This document shows, in pieces, positions 36,886-46,872 of a DNA stretch of 62,969 nt; position 1 is the first letter of the stretch, and the number at the start of each line of letters is the position of its first letter. The position numbers were made by a program, and so were the translations under genes. Below the pieces are notes generated by a model. That model saw only the letters and a list, made by a program, of their open reading frames with translations, was not told where the DNA came from and ran no database searches. This DNA is from Bacilli bacterium (lineage in GTDB: Bacteria; Bacillota_I; Bacilli_A; Izemoplasmatales; Hujiaoplasmataceae): positions 1 to 62,969 of the forward strand of contig JAFGQT010000082.1 in NCBI GenBank assembly GCA_016935515.1, read 5' to 3'.

Positions 36886-38229
36886 ATGATCAAGAAGTTA
36901 CTTGGCTTGTTGCTGGTAGCAGCCTTTGGCATAGTCCTATTCGGCTGTCAAGAAGATACAACTACCGCAGCAACCACAACTCAGAGCACAGCAACAACGA
37001 CTACAACTACGGAAGCCAGAGAACTCAACCTGGTAATCTCCGGACTTCAACAGGCAAGCGAGAGAGTGTTCTTCACAACTTTCGTGAAATTGTTTGAAGC
37101 CAGATACGACGCAACAGTTAACGTCACCTATACTACACAGGCTGATCTGCAAACCAAGATTGAAACTGAACAGACTTCAGAAAATGTCGTAAGTGATGTT
37201 GTCATGGTTGATACAGCGAACATGACTCCTTACATTAATGGCGGATGGATGGAAGACATCACTGATGTGTTAGCTTCACTTGATGACCGGACGATCACTG
37301 ATATGTTTGATTCATCGACGAAGAGCGACGGAAAAGCATACTTTGTTCCAATCTCATTTGACATCTACATCACAATCTTTAACGTTGATGCTCTCCCCTA
37401 CATTCCTGACACAGTGGAAGTAACCAAGGATGAGTCAGAAAACATCGTTTCAGTTGATGCTATCACTTGGGAAGAATTCGCTGAATGGGCAATCAACATC
37501 AAGACAGAGACGGGATCTGCTAAATCTGGATTCCCAATGTCAACTGTTGGTTCACAACTTATGTACCCGATGGGCGGTTTACAGTTGGCCTTTGGATCCA
37601 CTACGTATCCGATTCTCAATGATGCTGGCGCTGTAGCTGCGTGGAACCTTATCGCTGACATGGCTGCCGCTGGAGCAATCTTGCCAGAAGCTGTGCTATC
37701 AGAAACGAATCAACCAACAGCATTGCTTGAATCAGAAGATCTGTGGCTCAGCTTTGGGCACATGGGCCCAATCGGCACAGCTTACTCAGCTGCACCTGCG
37801 AACTACGTTCTTGGACCGGCTCCAACTGCTGAAGACACTGGCAAAGCTGGATCTACAGCTGGCGCATGGACTTTTGGAATCGTCAAAGGCGCACAGAATC
37901 AATCGGTCGCTGAAGATTGGCTCGAGTTCATTACTGAACCAGAAGTTAATTACCTGTATTGCTCAGGACTTGGTGGCGTCATTTCTCCAGTAATGGAAGT
38001 TGTTGATCAACTTGGAACATCTGATACTGACAAGATCATGGCTGCTGGACTTGCTGTTCTTGAATCTGGTGCAGAAGTAACCGGACTACCAACATATCTG
38101 TATACTTCATGGGGTGCAGTAAAGGAAATCTATACTGATTTGTACACAGATCTCTTGACAGGTAACGAATTGACTCAAGCTCAAGCGGATGCGTACCAAG
38201 TTCAATTGGAAGCATTGCTCGTAGACTAA
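36886..38229 (+). CDS. ABC transporter solute-binding lipoprotein (CUT1 carbohydrate type)
   Basis: RBS aaggagg lies upstream. The lipobox is LFGC, followed by a Thr-rich linker (TTTAATTTQSTATTTTTTE). The length is 447 aa. Confidence 0.8.
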   Translation: MIKKLLGLLLVAAFGIVLFGCQEDTTTAATTTQSTATTTTTTEARELNLVISGLQQASERVFFTTFVKLFEARYDATVNVTYTTQADLQTKIETEQTSENVVSDVVMVDTANMTPYINGGWMEDITDVLASLDDRTITDMFDSSTKSDGKAYFVPISFDIYITIFNVDALPYIPDTVEVTKDESENIVSVDAITWEEFAEWAINIKTETGSAKSGFPMSTVGSQLMYPMGGLQLAFGSTTYPILNDAGAVAAWNLIADMAAAGAILPEAVLSETNQPTALLESEDLWLSFGHMGPIGTAYSAAPANYVLGPAPTAEDTGKAGSTAGAWTFGIVKGAQNQSVAEDWLEFITEPEVNYLYCSGLGGVISPVMEVVDQLGTSDTDKIMAAGLAVLESGAEVTGLPTYLYTSWGAVKEIYTDLYTDLLTGNELTQAQADAYQVQLEALLVD

Positions 38230-38242
38230 GTTATCTATTTGG

Positions 38243-38279
38243 AGCAGGGTCGAAGATAAACTTCGGCCCTGCTTTTCTT
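38243..38279 (+). terminator. hairpin with U-tract between the SBP and permease genes (partial terminator/attenuator)
   Basis: agcagggtcgaag pairs with cttcggccctgct (one G-U) and is followed by tttct. Confidence 0.6.
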
Positions 38280-38296
38280 AAAACAGGAGGGAATAT

Positions 38297-39235
38297 ATGG
38301 AAGGAAAAGCGCTAGCTAATAACAACGGTAGCAACTACAAGGAAATGCTCCGACGAGTATTCAACAAGAAAACAGCGCCCTTTTGGCTTCTGGCACCGAC
38401 GTTCATCTACTATCTGGTGTTCTGGTTTTCTCCAATCTTTATCAGCATCAAGGAAGTATTCACAACATTAGACGGAAAATTCACAGTGCTAGGCAACTTC
38501 TTGTTCTTGTTCGAGCAAGAAACATTCCTGCCAGCACTGCTAAATACAGCATTCTTTGCCGTAGCTTCAGTAATGCTTCAATTTGTCATCGCTTTGGTAT
38601 TGGCAATCTTGTTGAATCGCAAATTCAAAGGACAGAAACTAATCCTCTTTCTTGTAATGATTCCCATGGCGATTACTCCTACCGCGGTAGCAATCGTCTG
38701 GAAAACTGGTTTGATTAGCAGTGGTTGGATCAACTCAATACTCCAATCCTTTAGTGTGCTTGAGGAGAGAATCCCATTTCTTGGCTTGAGAGGTATCGAA
38801 GCCGTCATCATGATTATCTTGATTGATACTTGGACGGTAATGCCTTCAGTTCTAATCATCTTGATTGCCGGGCTTGGAAACATCAATGAAGAGACCAAAG
38901 AAGCAGCATATATATTTGGAGCCAGCAAATGGCGTATAATAAAGGATATAACAATACCATTATTGAAACCATCCATTATCACTGCGGTTATTTTGCGTAT
39001 GATTGCGGCAGTTCAAGTGTGGGCAGTTGTTGTCATGGTAATGGGATTCACTAATGTACCTTTCTTAGTTGAAAGGATTGCCTATTACGTAGGACCTGTT
39101 TCCAGCCTCCCATATGCCGATAAACTAGCGTATACTTACTCATTCCTGACCGCAGTTATCGTATTCATCGCGACAATCGTCTATTTCAAGATCAGCAAGA
39201 AGGGAACAGCTCTTGATCGGAGGACGCAGAAATGA
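38297..39235 (+). CDS. carbohydrate ABC transporter permease
   Basis: It is a polytopic protein with EAA loop EAAYIFGASKWRIIKDITIP. Confidence 0.85.
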   Translation: MEGKALANNNGSNYKEMLRRVFNKKTAPFWLLAPTFIYYLVFWFSPIFISIKEVFTTLDGKFTVLGNFLFLFEQETFLPALLNTAFFAVASVMLQFVIALVLAILLNRKFKGQKLILFLVMIPMAITPTAVAIVWKTGLISSGWINSILQSFSVLEERIPFLGLRGIEAVIMIILIDTWTVMPSVLIILIAGLGNINEETKEAAYIFGASKWRIIKDITIPLLKPSIITAVILRMIAAVQVWAVVVMVMGFTNVPFLVERIAYYVGPVSSLPYADKLAYTYSFLTAVIVFIATIVYFKISKKGTALDRRTQK

Positions 39236-40278
39236 ATAAACTGAACGGAATTCAAAAAACTCTGATTGCTTTAGTACTGGCAACCGTTGTCATAGCGGTA
39301 ATCGTCCCCTTAATGTTTTTCTTCACCAATGCCTTCTCAAATGGAAGAGAAGTATATGATTATCCTAAGACGCCAATTTTATCGTTTACGGTCAAGGTTC
39401 AGGTGTCATACAATGAAGATACTGGGATGTATATAGTCAAATACTACGATCGCAATGGTGAGTTACAGAATGCAGTAAACACAAGTTTTGGAGAGATTCT
39501 CTCAGGCTATTTCGAGCAGTATCTGTCAGTATACCGAACTCCTGAGGAACTGCTTGAGCAGTTTGAGATAACCAAGACAGAAGGCCCTCAAGAGTTTACA
39601 TACGGTAAAAACATGTGGCATAACTTCAAGACATTCTTCTTGATTACCAGCAAAGCTGAGGAAGCATTAGTCAATAGTATCATCGTCGTGATTTTTACAA
39701 TCATCATATCCCTTACTCTAGGAAGTATGGCTGGGTATGCTTTTGCTAGGTTCAGATTCAAGGGTAAGGACCAAATCAACGTGTTCATGCTGATAGTCAG
39801 GATGTTTCCGATGGTCGGCATCAGCATACCGCTGGCGGTGATTTTGATCAGGTTTAACCTCTTCGATACGATGATAGGTCTGGCAATCCTCTATTCACTA
39901 CCAAATATAGCATTGACTTCATGGATAACTAGCTCGATATTTGTCGGTATCAATCGGGAACTCGAGGAAGCATCACTTGTATTTGGAGCTAATGGTTTCC
40001 AAACCTTCATCAAGATTACATTGCCGTTGGCATTGCCGGCTCTAGCCGCAAGTTCAATGTACGCTTTCCTAACCGCTTGGAATGATACAATCTCTGCTTT
40101 GATTCTGACTAACGATCATCCGACATTGGCTCTGGCAGTTTATCAGGCAATCGGCGACAATACGACAAATCTTCAATACGCTGCAGCTGGAAGCATAATC
40201 TTGATTATCCCCGCGCTCATCTTCACATTCGTGATTCGGAAATACGTGAATCAAATGTGGGGCGGAGTGTCTGTCTAA
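39232..40278 (+). CDS. carbohydrate ABC transporter permease with a large extracytoplasmic loop
   Basis: ATGA overlap with the upstream gene. The EAA loop is EEASLVFGANGFQTFIKITLP. A soluble insert of about 100 aa follows TM1. Confidence 0.85.
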   Translation: MNKLNGIQKTLIALVLATVVIAVIVPLMFFFTNAFSNGREVYDYPKTPILSFTVKVQVSYNEDTGMYIVKYYDRNGELQNAVNTSFGEILSGYFEQYLSVYRTPEELLEQFEITKTEGPQEFTYGKNMWHNFKTFFLITSKAEEALVNSIIVVIFTIIISLTLGSMAGYAFARFRFKGKDQINVFMLIVRMFPMVGISIPLAVILIRFNLFDTMIGLAILYSLPNIALTSWITSSIFVGINRELEEASLVFGANGFQTFIKITLPLALPALAASSMYAFLTAWNDTISALILTNDHPTLALAVYQAIGDNTTNLQYAAAGSIILIIPALIFTFVIRKYVNQMWGGVSV

Positions 40279-40288
40279 GGAGGACATA

Positions 40289-41395
40289 ATGGCATTTCTA
40301 GAACTCGTTGATCTTGACAAAAGGTATACACAAAAAGGCAACTTGATTGTCAAACATATGAATCTGTCCATTCACAAAGGGGAATTTCTCGTTTTTCTTG
40401 GGCCATCTGGGTGTGGAAAAACAACGACGATCCGGATGATCTCAGGACTTGAGGAGATATCTGGAGGCGACATACTAATTAACGGAAAATCAGTTGTATC
40501 GCTACCGCCAAAAGATCGTGGGGTATCGATGATATTCCAAAGTTACGCCGTTTGGCCACATATGACAGTAAGGGAAAATATTGCCTATCCATTGAGACTG
40601 CAGAAGGTTTCGAAGAAAGATATTGTCACAAGAGTGGAAAAAGCTGCCGCAGCTGCCAACATCATGGAATTGCTCGATCGATATCCAACGCAGTTGTCCG
40701 GTGGTCAACGCCAAAGGGTTGCAGTGGCCCGAGCTATCGTCGTCGAGCCTCAGATATTTCTGATGGATGAGCCGCTCTCGAATCTTGACGCGATGTTGCG
40801 TGTTTCGATGCGTTCTGAACTGAAAAACATTCATGAGTCTTTGGGGGCAACCTCGATTTTCGTTACTCATGACCAATCAGAAGCGATGAGTTTGGCCGAT
40901 CGTATTGTCATCATGAAGGACGGCCTGATCGAACAGATTGGGACGCCTAAAGATGTATATTTTGACTGCGAAAGCATTTTTGTCGCTTCGTTCATCGGAG
41001 TACCTCCGACCAATTTTTTCCATGTTTCTGTTCTCAAGGACGATGCAGGCCTGCTGCTTAAGAGTCAAGATGTAAGTTATCGCGTTGATGCCTTGGAAGA
41101 GAAGATGCTCTCCCCATATGTGGGCAAAGAAGTAGTCATGGGTGTCAGGCCGGAAAACCTTGAGATTTCTGACACTTTTGACGACAACACTTTCCTCACT
41201 ACACATGCAGATTTCATTGAACCACAAGGTTCTCATATTATCGTCATCAGCAAGCTTGAATCATCTGTTATCAAGATTTCATCCTCGAAATTAGAACTGC
41301 AGGCCAAGAGCCTGATACATGTCAGCGTAAAAGACAGAAAAGCAATGTTTTTTGACAAAGACACAGAAAAGAGAATCCGTCTGCAGGAGGAATAA
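40289..41395 (+). CDS. ABC transporter ATP-binding protein, MsmK/MalK type
   Basis: GPSGCGKTT, LSGGQRQR and FLMDEPLS motifs are present. Confidence 0.9.
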   Translation: MAFLELVDLDKRYTQKGNLIVKHMNLSIHKGEFLVFLGPSGCGKTTTIRMISGLEEISGGDILINGKSVVSLPPKDRGVSMIFQSYAVWPHMTVRENIAYPLRLQKVSKKDIVTRVEKAAAAANIMELLDRYPTQLSGGQRQRVAVARAIVVEPQIFLMDEPLSNLDAMLRVSMRSELKNIHESLGATSIFVTHDQSEAMSLADRIVIMKDGLIEQIGTPKDVYFDCESIFVASFIGVPPTNFFHVSVLKDDAGLLLKSQDVSYRVDALEEKMLSPYVGKEVVMGVRPENLEISDTFDDNTFLTTHADFIEPQGSHIIVISKLESSVIKISSSKLELQAKSLIHVSVKDRKAMFFDKDTEKRIRLQEE

Positions 41396-43057
41396 ATGGC
41401 AATCATCGATAGACTTAAAATCTTATACCCTAATGAATACCGAAGTGTAGCAAATAACCTCAAACGACTGATAGCTGACTGGCAACCCAAAATAAGAGCG
41501 CGCTATAGAGATATATCCGAAAAAGATGTCTGTCTGATAACCTATGGTGATGCAATCTATTCTGACGACGAGAAACCTTTGGCAACGCTAACGGAGTTTA
41601 TGAAAGACCATTTGTCGGGATTGATAAATGTTGTTCACATCCTTCCAATGTATCCATATACCTCTGACGATGGATTTTCTGTGGTTGATTTTCGAAAGAT
41701 TGATCCGGAGCTTGGTGATTGGACAAATATCAAGCAACTCAATGAAGAATTCGATTTGATGTTTGATGCCGTCATCAATCACGTTTCCGTTAGCAGTGAA
41801 TATTTTCGTGGATTCATGAATTCAAGTTCAAAATACAAAGGCTTCTTTTTGGAAGTCGATCCTGCAGTTGACCTCTCAACGGTTGTCAGGCCAAGGACTT
41901 CAAGCTTGATTACTGAGTATGAAGGAAAATCGGGAAAGAAATATGTATGGACAACTTTCAGCGCTGATCAGGTCGATCTCAATTATCATGAGCCAAGAGT
42001 TTTGCTGGAAGTTCTTGATGTTTTGTTGTTCTATGTTTATCATGGAGCTAGATTCATTAGATTTGACGCGGTAGGCTTCATTTGGAAGAAGCTTGGTACT
42101 ACTTGCATGCATCTTAATGAAACACATGAGATTGTGAAGTTGATGCGCGAGGTAATAGATTCAATCAGCTCCGGAGTTAAGATTATCACCGAGACTAACG
42201 TTAAACACCATGAAAACATATCATATTTTGGTAACGGCAGCGACGAGGCTTCACTAGTATACCAATTTCCGCTGCCCCCACTAGTATTGCATGCCTATTT
42301 GCGCCAAGATGCAAGCAGGCTCTTAAGTTGGTTGGAGCAGCTTCCAGAAACTTCGGAAACGACGACGTTTTTCAATTTTCTGGCTTCGCACGATGGAATC
42401 GGTCTGAGACCACTTGAAGGTCTGTTGGCAGACTCGGAAATCAAATTTACAGTTGACACAGTTGTGAGTCGCGGTGCCAGAATCAACTACCGGTCGCTTG
42501 CCAACGGCGAAAAGATACCTTATGAATGTTGCATAACTTACGTTGATGCTTTGTCAGAGCGCGATGCAACGGACTCAATTAGAGCGGCGAGACTATTAGG
42601 AGCTCATCTAATCCTGTTGTCGCTCCAAGGATTGCCTGCAGTGTACTATCATAGTCTTTTAGGTTCGCGAAATGACTATTTAGGAGCTGACGTAAGCGGG
42701 GTGAACAGACGCATCAACCGTGAAAAACTAGAATACAAAAAACTAGTCAAAGAATTGAATCTGATTGACGATTTGCGAGACTTGGTTTTCTCCGGAATGA
42801 AGAAAATGATTCAGACCCGTACTGGAAATCACCTTTTTCACCCCTCAATCAAGCAAAGGCCCTTGTTCAAAGAAAAAAGTATCTTTTGTCTTGAAAGATA
42901 TGATGCAAACGATTCGGTTTATGCTTGTGTAAACTTGTCAAATCAGCCTGTTGAGATCGATCTTGAATCCAGAACGCGCTCATTGTTGACAGGAGAAATC
43001 ATGGAAGAAAGATTCATCCTCGAACCATTTGGATACGGATGGTATCAGAAGCACTAG
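41396..43057 (+). CDS. GH13 subfamily-18 (sucrose phosphorylase family) glycoside phosphorylase; glucosylglycerate phosphorylase is plausible from context
   Basis: FDAVINHVS, RFDAVGFIWK, ITETNV and FLASHDGIGL conserved regions are present. The gene starts 1 nt after the ATPase stop and is followed by glycerate kinase. Confidence 0.7.
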   Translation: MAIIDRLKILYPNEYRSVANNLKRLIADWQPKIRARYRDISEKDVCLITYGDAIYSDDEKPLATLTEFMKDHLSGLINVVHILPMYPYTSDDGFSVVDFRKIDPELGDWTNIKQLNEEFDLMFDAVINHVSVSSEYFRGFMNSSSKYKGFFLEVDPAVDLSTVVRPRTSSLITEYEGKSGKKYVWTTFSADQVDLNYHEPRVLLEVLDVLLFYVYHGARFIRFDAVGFIWKKLGTTCMHLNETHEIVKLMREVIDSISSGVKIITETNVKHHENISYFGNGSDEASLVYQFPLPPLVLHAYLRQDASRLLSWLEQLPETSETTTFFNFLASHDGIGLRPLEGLLADSEIKFTVDTVVSRGARINYRSLANGEKIPYECCITYVDALSERDATDSIRAARLLGAHLILLSLQGLPAVYYHSLLGSRNDYLGADVSGVNRRINREKLEYKKLVKELNLIDDLRDLVFSGMKKMIQTRTGNHLFHPSIKQRPLFKEKSIFCLERYDANDSVYACVNLSNQPVEIDLESRTRSLLTGEIMEERFILEPFGYGWYQKH

Positions 43058-43073
43058 AATGGACAGTGATAAT

Positions 43074-44216
43074 ATGAAGTTTGTAATTGCGCCAGATTCA
43101 TTCAAGGAAAGCATGGATGCTTTAACGGCAGCCCAATCAATTCAAAGTGGTCTAAAAGACGTGTTTCCCGAGGCACACTTTTGTTTGTTTCCTATGGCTG
43201 ATGGTGGCGAAGGCACTTTGCAGGCAGTCAAATATTATGCCAAAGATGCTCAAAGCTTGGAAGCCACAGTCAGAGGGCCCTTGGGATCGCATGTCAGTGC
43301 CAGTCTGATTTGGATTCCTTCCAAAGCAGAAGTGTTCATCGAAATGGCTGAAGCAGCTGGCATAATGTTACTTGAAAAAGAACAAAGGAATCCGCTATAC
43401 ACTTCGACATATGGCGTTGGTGAACTGTTTGAATTTGCCTTGTCCAAACATCCCAAACGCATTGTGATTGCACTTGGCGGAAGCGTTACTAATGATGGCG
43501 GAATGGGATTTCTCCAAGCTCTTGGGGTGGTTTTCAACGATCAGCTCGGACAGGAATTGCCTGCTGGGGGAAGGTATCTTGGAGAAGTTGATGCCATCAA
43601 CAACTCGAAGCGATTGGGAAAATTCAAGAATGTTCAGATCATTGTTTTGACAGACGTCAAGAACAGACTTTTGGGGACAAATGGAGCTACATTGACCTAT
43701 GGTCCGCAAAAAGGAGCTGACACCATCATGCTTGATGTGCTGGAAGAAGGAATGAAAAAATACGCAACTGTGATGGAAAATCATTTCGGCAAGATTGTCC
43801 GAAATGCCATAGGCTCTGGAGCTGCAGGCGGTCTAGGATTTGCACTTCAATTTTTGCCGAATGTCGACCTTGTATCTGGGTTCGACTATGTTGCAGAATT
43901 GTCGAACATTGAAGAAATGATTGCGGATTGCGATGTTGTTTTTATTGGCGAAGGTTCTCTGGACAGACAATCCTTGCAAGGAAAAGTACCGATCGGTATT
44001 GCAAATCTTGCCAAAAAATATCATAAACCCGTCGTCGCTCTGGTAGGGACCTTGAAATGTAATTTGGATGAACTGTCTCCATACGGCATTGACATGGTGT
44101 ACCCAATCAATGAAGCAAATGAAAATTTGCCCAACTTATTGAAAGCTGGTCCAAAAAATTTGGCTGCTACAGCGAAAAAAGTTGGTCTTTCTCTTAAGGA
44201 AAGGGGTCTTCTATGA
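43074..44216 (+). CDS. glxK: glycerate kinase (GlxK/GarK class)
   Basis: MKFVIAPDSFKESM...MADGGEGT...GGSVTNDGGMGFLQALG motifs are present. An alternative start lies at 43059; the track start is a TTG at 43029. Confidence 0.85.
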   Translation: MKFVIAPDSFKESMDALTAAQSIQSGLKDVFPEAHFCLFPMADGGEGTLQAVKYYAKDAQSLEATVRGPLGSHVSASLIWIPSKAEVFIEMAEAAGIMLLEKEQRNPLYTSTYGVGELFEFALSKHPKRIVIALGGSVTNDGGMGFLQALGVVFNDQLGQELPAGGRYLGEVDAINNSKRLGKFKNVQIIVLTDVKNRLLGTNGATLTYGPQKGADTIMLDVLEEGMKKYATVMENHFGKIVRNAIGSGAAGGLGFALQFLPNVDLVSGFDYVAELSNIEEMIADCDVVFIGEGSLDRQSLQGKVPIGIANLAKKYHKPVVALVGTLKCNLDELSPYGIDMVYPINEANENLPNLLKAGPKNLAATAKKVGLSLKERGLL

Positions 44217-45547
44217 AGATTGCGTTGATCCATTTTCGTGTAGGTGAAACTGATGGTGTCTCGTTGGAGATGGACAAGTGGCGCAAGGTTCTTGCGAATT
44301 TGGGGCATGAACCTTTTTTCATCGCTGGTAAGCAACACGGTGTAGACACATTCACAATTCCCGAACTTGCATTTGATAATCGCGAGGATCTTGAACTGAA
44401 TGAGGCTTGCTTTGTAAGACTAGGGAGATTCACAGAAGAATCCCTCAAATCAAGATTGGAAGCAGTAGCAAATAGTATCGAGAAGCAATTGACTGAACTG
44501 ATCAAAGAAAAAAGTCTCGATATGCTTATTGTAAATAACATGTTTTCTCTGGCAAGAAGTTTGCCTGTAGCGATTGGCATCCAAAATTCGATTATAAAGA
44601 CCGGTGTCAAGGCTGTTGGTCATCATCATGATTTTTACTGGGAACGTGAGCGATACTCGTCACCAACCTGCGCTTTTGTTCGCCAGTGCCTGGAAGATTT
44701 TTTTCCTCCCTTTTCGAATATGTTGCATGTGGTGATCAACAGCCTGGCACAGACCGATCTAAAATTTAGAAAGGGCTTGACATCGACAATCGTACCAAAT
44801 GTCTTCGATTTTGATCAGGATCCTTGGACTCAGGATGACTACAACATTGATTTGCGGCAAGCATATGGCCTTGATGAAAATGCAGTTATTTTTCTTCAGG
44901 CAACCAGAGTTGTCAATCGCAAAGGCATTGAATTGGCAGTGCAGACCTTGGCAGAAATGAACAAGAGTAAATCGCGCTATTTTGGGAAAAAGATGTATAA
45001 CGGCGTAGTGTTTGATGATCAAAAACATTTTGTGCTGCTTTGTGTCGGTCTTCACGAGGGTACAGACGGATATGAAAGCAAACTTGAAGGTCTTGCGGCC
45101 AAGCTTGATGTCGAGATAATTCTCGATCCAACAAAAATCGCCCATACCAGGAGCAATTCAGTGCCAAAAAGATATTCACTCTGGGATGCTTACGTTATTG
45201 CGGATGTAGTTTCTTACCCAAGTCTTTATGAGGGATTTGGGAACCAGTTTCTTGAGGCGGTTTTCGCTAAGAAGCCAATATTGCTATATGAATATTCTGT
45301 TTTTGAGGCTGACATAAAAGCAAAAGGGTTCGCCTATGCCTCGCTCGGTGCTAAGCATTCGCTTCGAGCCAATGGGCTGGCGCAGGTTACTGAGGAGTCA
45401 ATTGTGTCTGCGTCAAATGTTCTGGAAGGATATTTATTCGATCCGATTTTCAGGAACGAAGCGGTAGAAAATAATTTTGAACTAGGTAAGAAGCATTATT
45501 CGATGGAAGCATTAAAAAATCTGCTTAAGGAGATAGTCAATAACTGA
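44213..45547 (+). CDS. GT4-family (GT-B) glycosyltransferase-fold protein
   Basis: ATGA overlap with glxK. The C-terminus has the E-x7-E motif SYPSLYEGFGNQFLEA. The length is 444 aa. Confidence 0.65.
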   Translation: MKIALIHFRVGETDGVSLEMDKWRKVLANLGHEPFFIAGKQHGVDTFTIPELAFDNREDLELNEACFVRLGRFTEESLKSRLEAVANSIEKQLTELIKEKSLDMLIVNNMFSLARSLPVAIGIQNSIIKTGVKAVGHHHDFYWERERYSSPTCAFVRQCLEDFFPPFSNMLHVVINSLAQTDLKFRKGLTSTIVPNVFDFDQDPWTQDDYNIDLRQAYGLDENAVIFLQATRVVNRKGIELAVQTLAEMNKSKSRYFGKKMYNGVVFDDQKHFVLLCVGLHEGTDGYESKLEGLAAKLDVEIILDPTKIAHTRSNSVPKRYSLWDAYVIADVVSYPSLYEGFGNQFLEAVFAKKPILLYEYSVFEADIKAKGFAYASLGAKHSLRANGLAQVTEESIVSASNVLEGYLFDPIFRNEAVENNFELGKKHYSMEALKNLLKEIVNN

Positions 45548-45554
45548 TACGGTC

Positions 45555-46865
45555 ATGAAGATAACATTTTTAGGTGCAGGTAGCACCGTATTCGCCAAGA
45601 ACGTTCTTGGCGATTGCATCATCAATCCACAATTGAAGAATATGACGATTTCATTGTATGATATCGATCATGAACGACTTGATGATTCATTCAGAATGCT
45701 GACCAACCTGAATCGAACGATGGGTGGGAATGCCACGATCGTCAAGGAAGTAAATCGGAAGAAAGCACTTCAGGATGCAAATTACATCGTTAATGCAATT
45801 CAGGTCGGAGGCTATGATCCGGCAACGATTCTGGATTTCGAGATACCTAAAAAGTATGGGTTTCGCCAGACTATCGGTGACACGATGAGCATTGGCGGCA
45901 TTTTTCGTGCTTTGCGAACAATACCGGTTTTAGAAGAGTTTGCTTCCGATATCGAAGAGGTGTGCCCAGACGCTCTATTCATCAACTATGTTAATCCGAT
46001 GTCCATTTTGACAGGGTACATGCAAAGATACACCAAAGTCAATACCGTAGGACTCTGTCATAGCGTTCAGATCTGTGTTCCTAGGCTGCTGAAGATGTAC
46101 GGACTAGAAGCATATACGGACAAATGCCGTTATCAGATTGCCGGAATCAACCATATGGCATGGCTACTGTCCTTGGAAGGCACAGACGGATTTTTGTTGT
46201 ACGACGAGATCAAGCGGCGAAATTTGGAAAACGACGGTAGGTATAACGATCGTAAAGATTTGGTCAGACTCGAGATAATGCGTCGTTTTGGTTACTACGT
46301 GACTGAAAGTTCAGAACATAATGCGGAATACATGCCATACTTCATCAAGCAAAATTATCCGGAATTCATTGAAAAATACAACATTCCCCTTGACGAGTAC
46401 CCTCGTAGGTGTGTGAACCAAATCAATGAATGGAAGCACACGCGAGAACAACTTACAAATAATCCTGAACTTAGGCACGAGAAATCTTATGAATATGCAT
46501 CATCAATAATCGAGGCTATGGAAACCGACAAACCATTCAAGATGAACGGGAATGTCCTCAACAAAGGATTAATAACAAATCTACCGGAAGACGCCTGTGT
46601 CGAAGTTCTTTGTTTGGTAGACAGAGCCGGGATTCATCCGACATATGTGGGACAGCTACCTACAGCCCTTGCGGCCTTGAATATGACGAATGTGAATGTG
46701 CAATTGATGACTATAGAAGCAGCTAGAACAAGAAAAAGGTCCGATGTGTATAAAGCTGCCTATCTTGATCCAAGGCTTTCTGCGGAACTTTCAATGGACG
46801 AGATCAAGAGCATGTGTGATGAGCTGTTTGAAGCTGAAAAAGAATGGCTAGGAAAGTATAATTAG
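45555..46865 (+). CDS. GH4-family NAD+/Mn2+-dependent alpha-glucosidase/alpha-galactosidase
   Basis: MKITFLGAGSTVF (Rossmann fold) and VGLCHSV (catalytic Cys-His region) motifs are present. The length is 436 aa. Confidence 0.8.
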   Translation: MKITFLGAGSTVFAKNVLGDCIINPQLKNMTISLYDIDHERLDDSFRMLTNLNRTMGGNATIVKEVNRKKALQDANYIVNAIQVGGYDPATILDFEIPKKYGFRQTIGDTMSIGGIFRALRTIPVLEEFASDIEEVCPDALFINYVNPMSILTGYMQRYTKVNTVGLCHSVQICVPRLLKMYGLEAYTDKCRYQIAGINHMAWLLSLEGTDGFLLYDEIKRRNLENDGRYNDRKDLVRLEIMRRFGYYVTESSEHNAEYMPYFIKQNYPEFIEKYNIPLDEYPRRCVNQINEWKHTREQLTNNPELRHEKSYEYASSIIEAMETDKPFKMNGNVLNKGLITNLPEDACVEVLCLVDRAGIHPTYVGQLPTALAALNMTNVNVQLMTIEAARTRKRSDVYKAAYLDPRLSAELSMDEIKSMCDELFEAEKEWLGKYN

Positions 46866-46872
46866 GAGGCAA

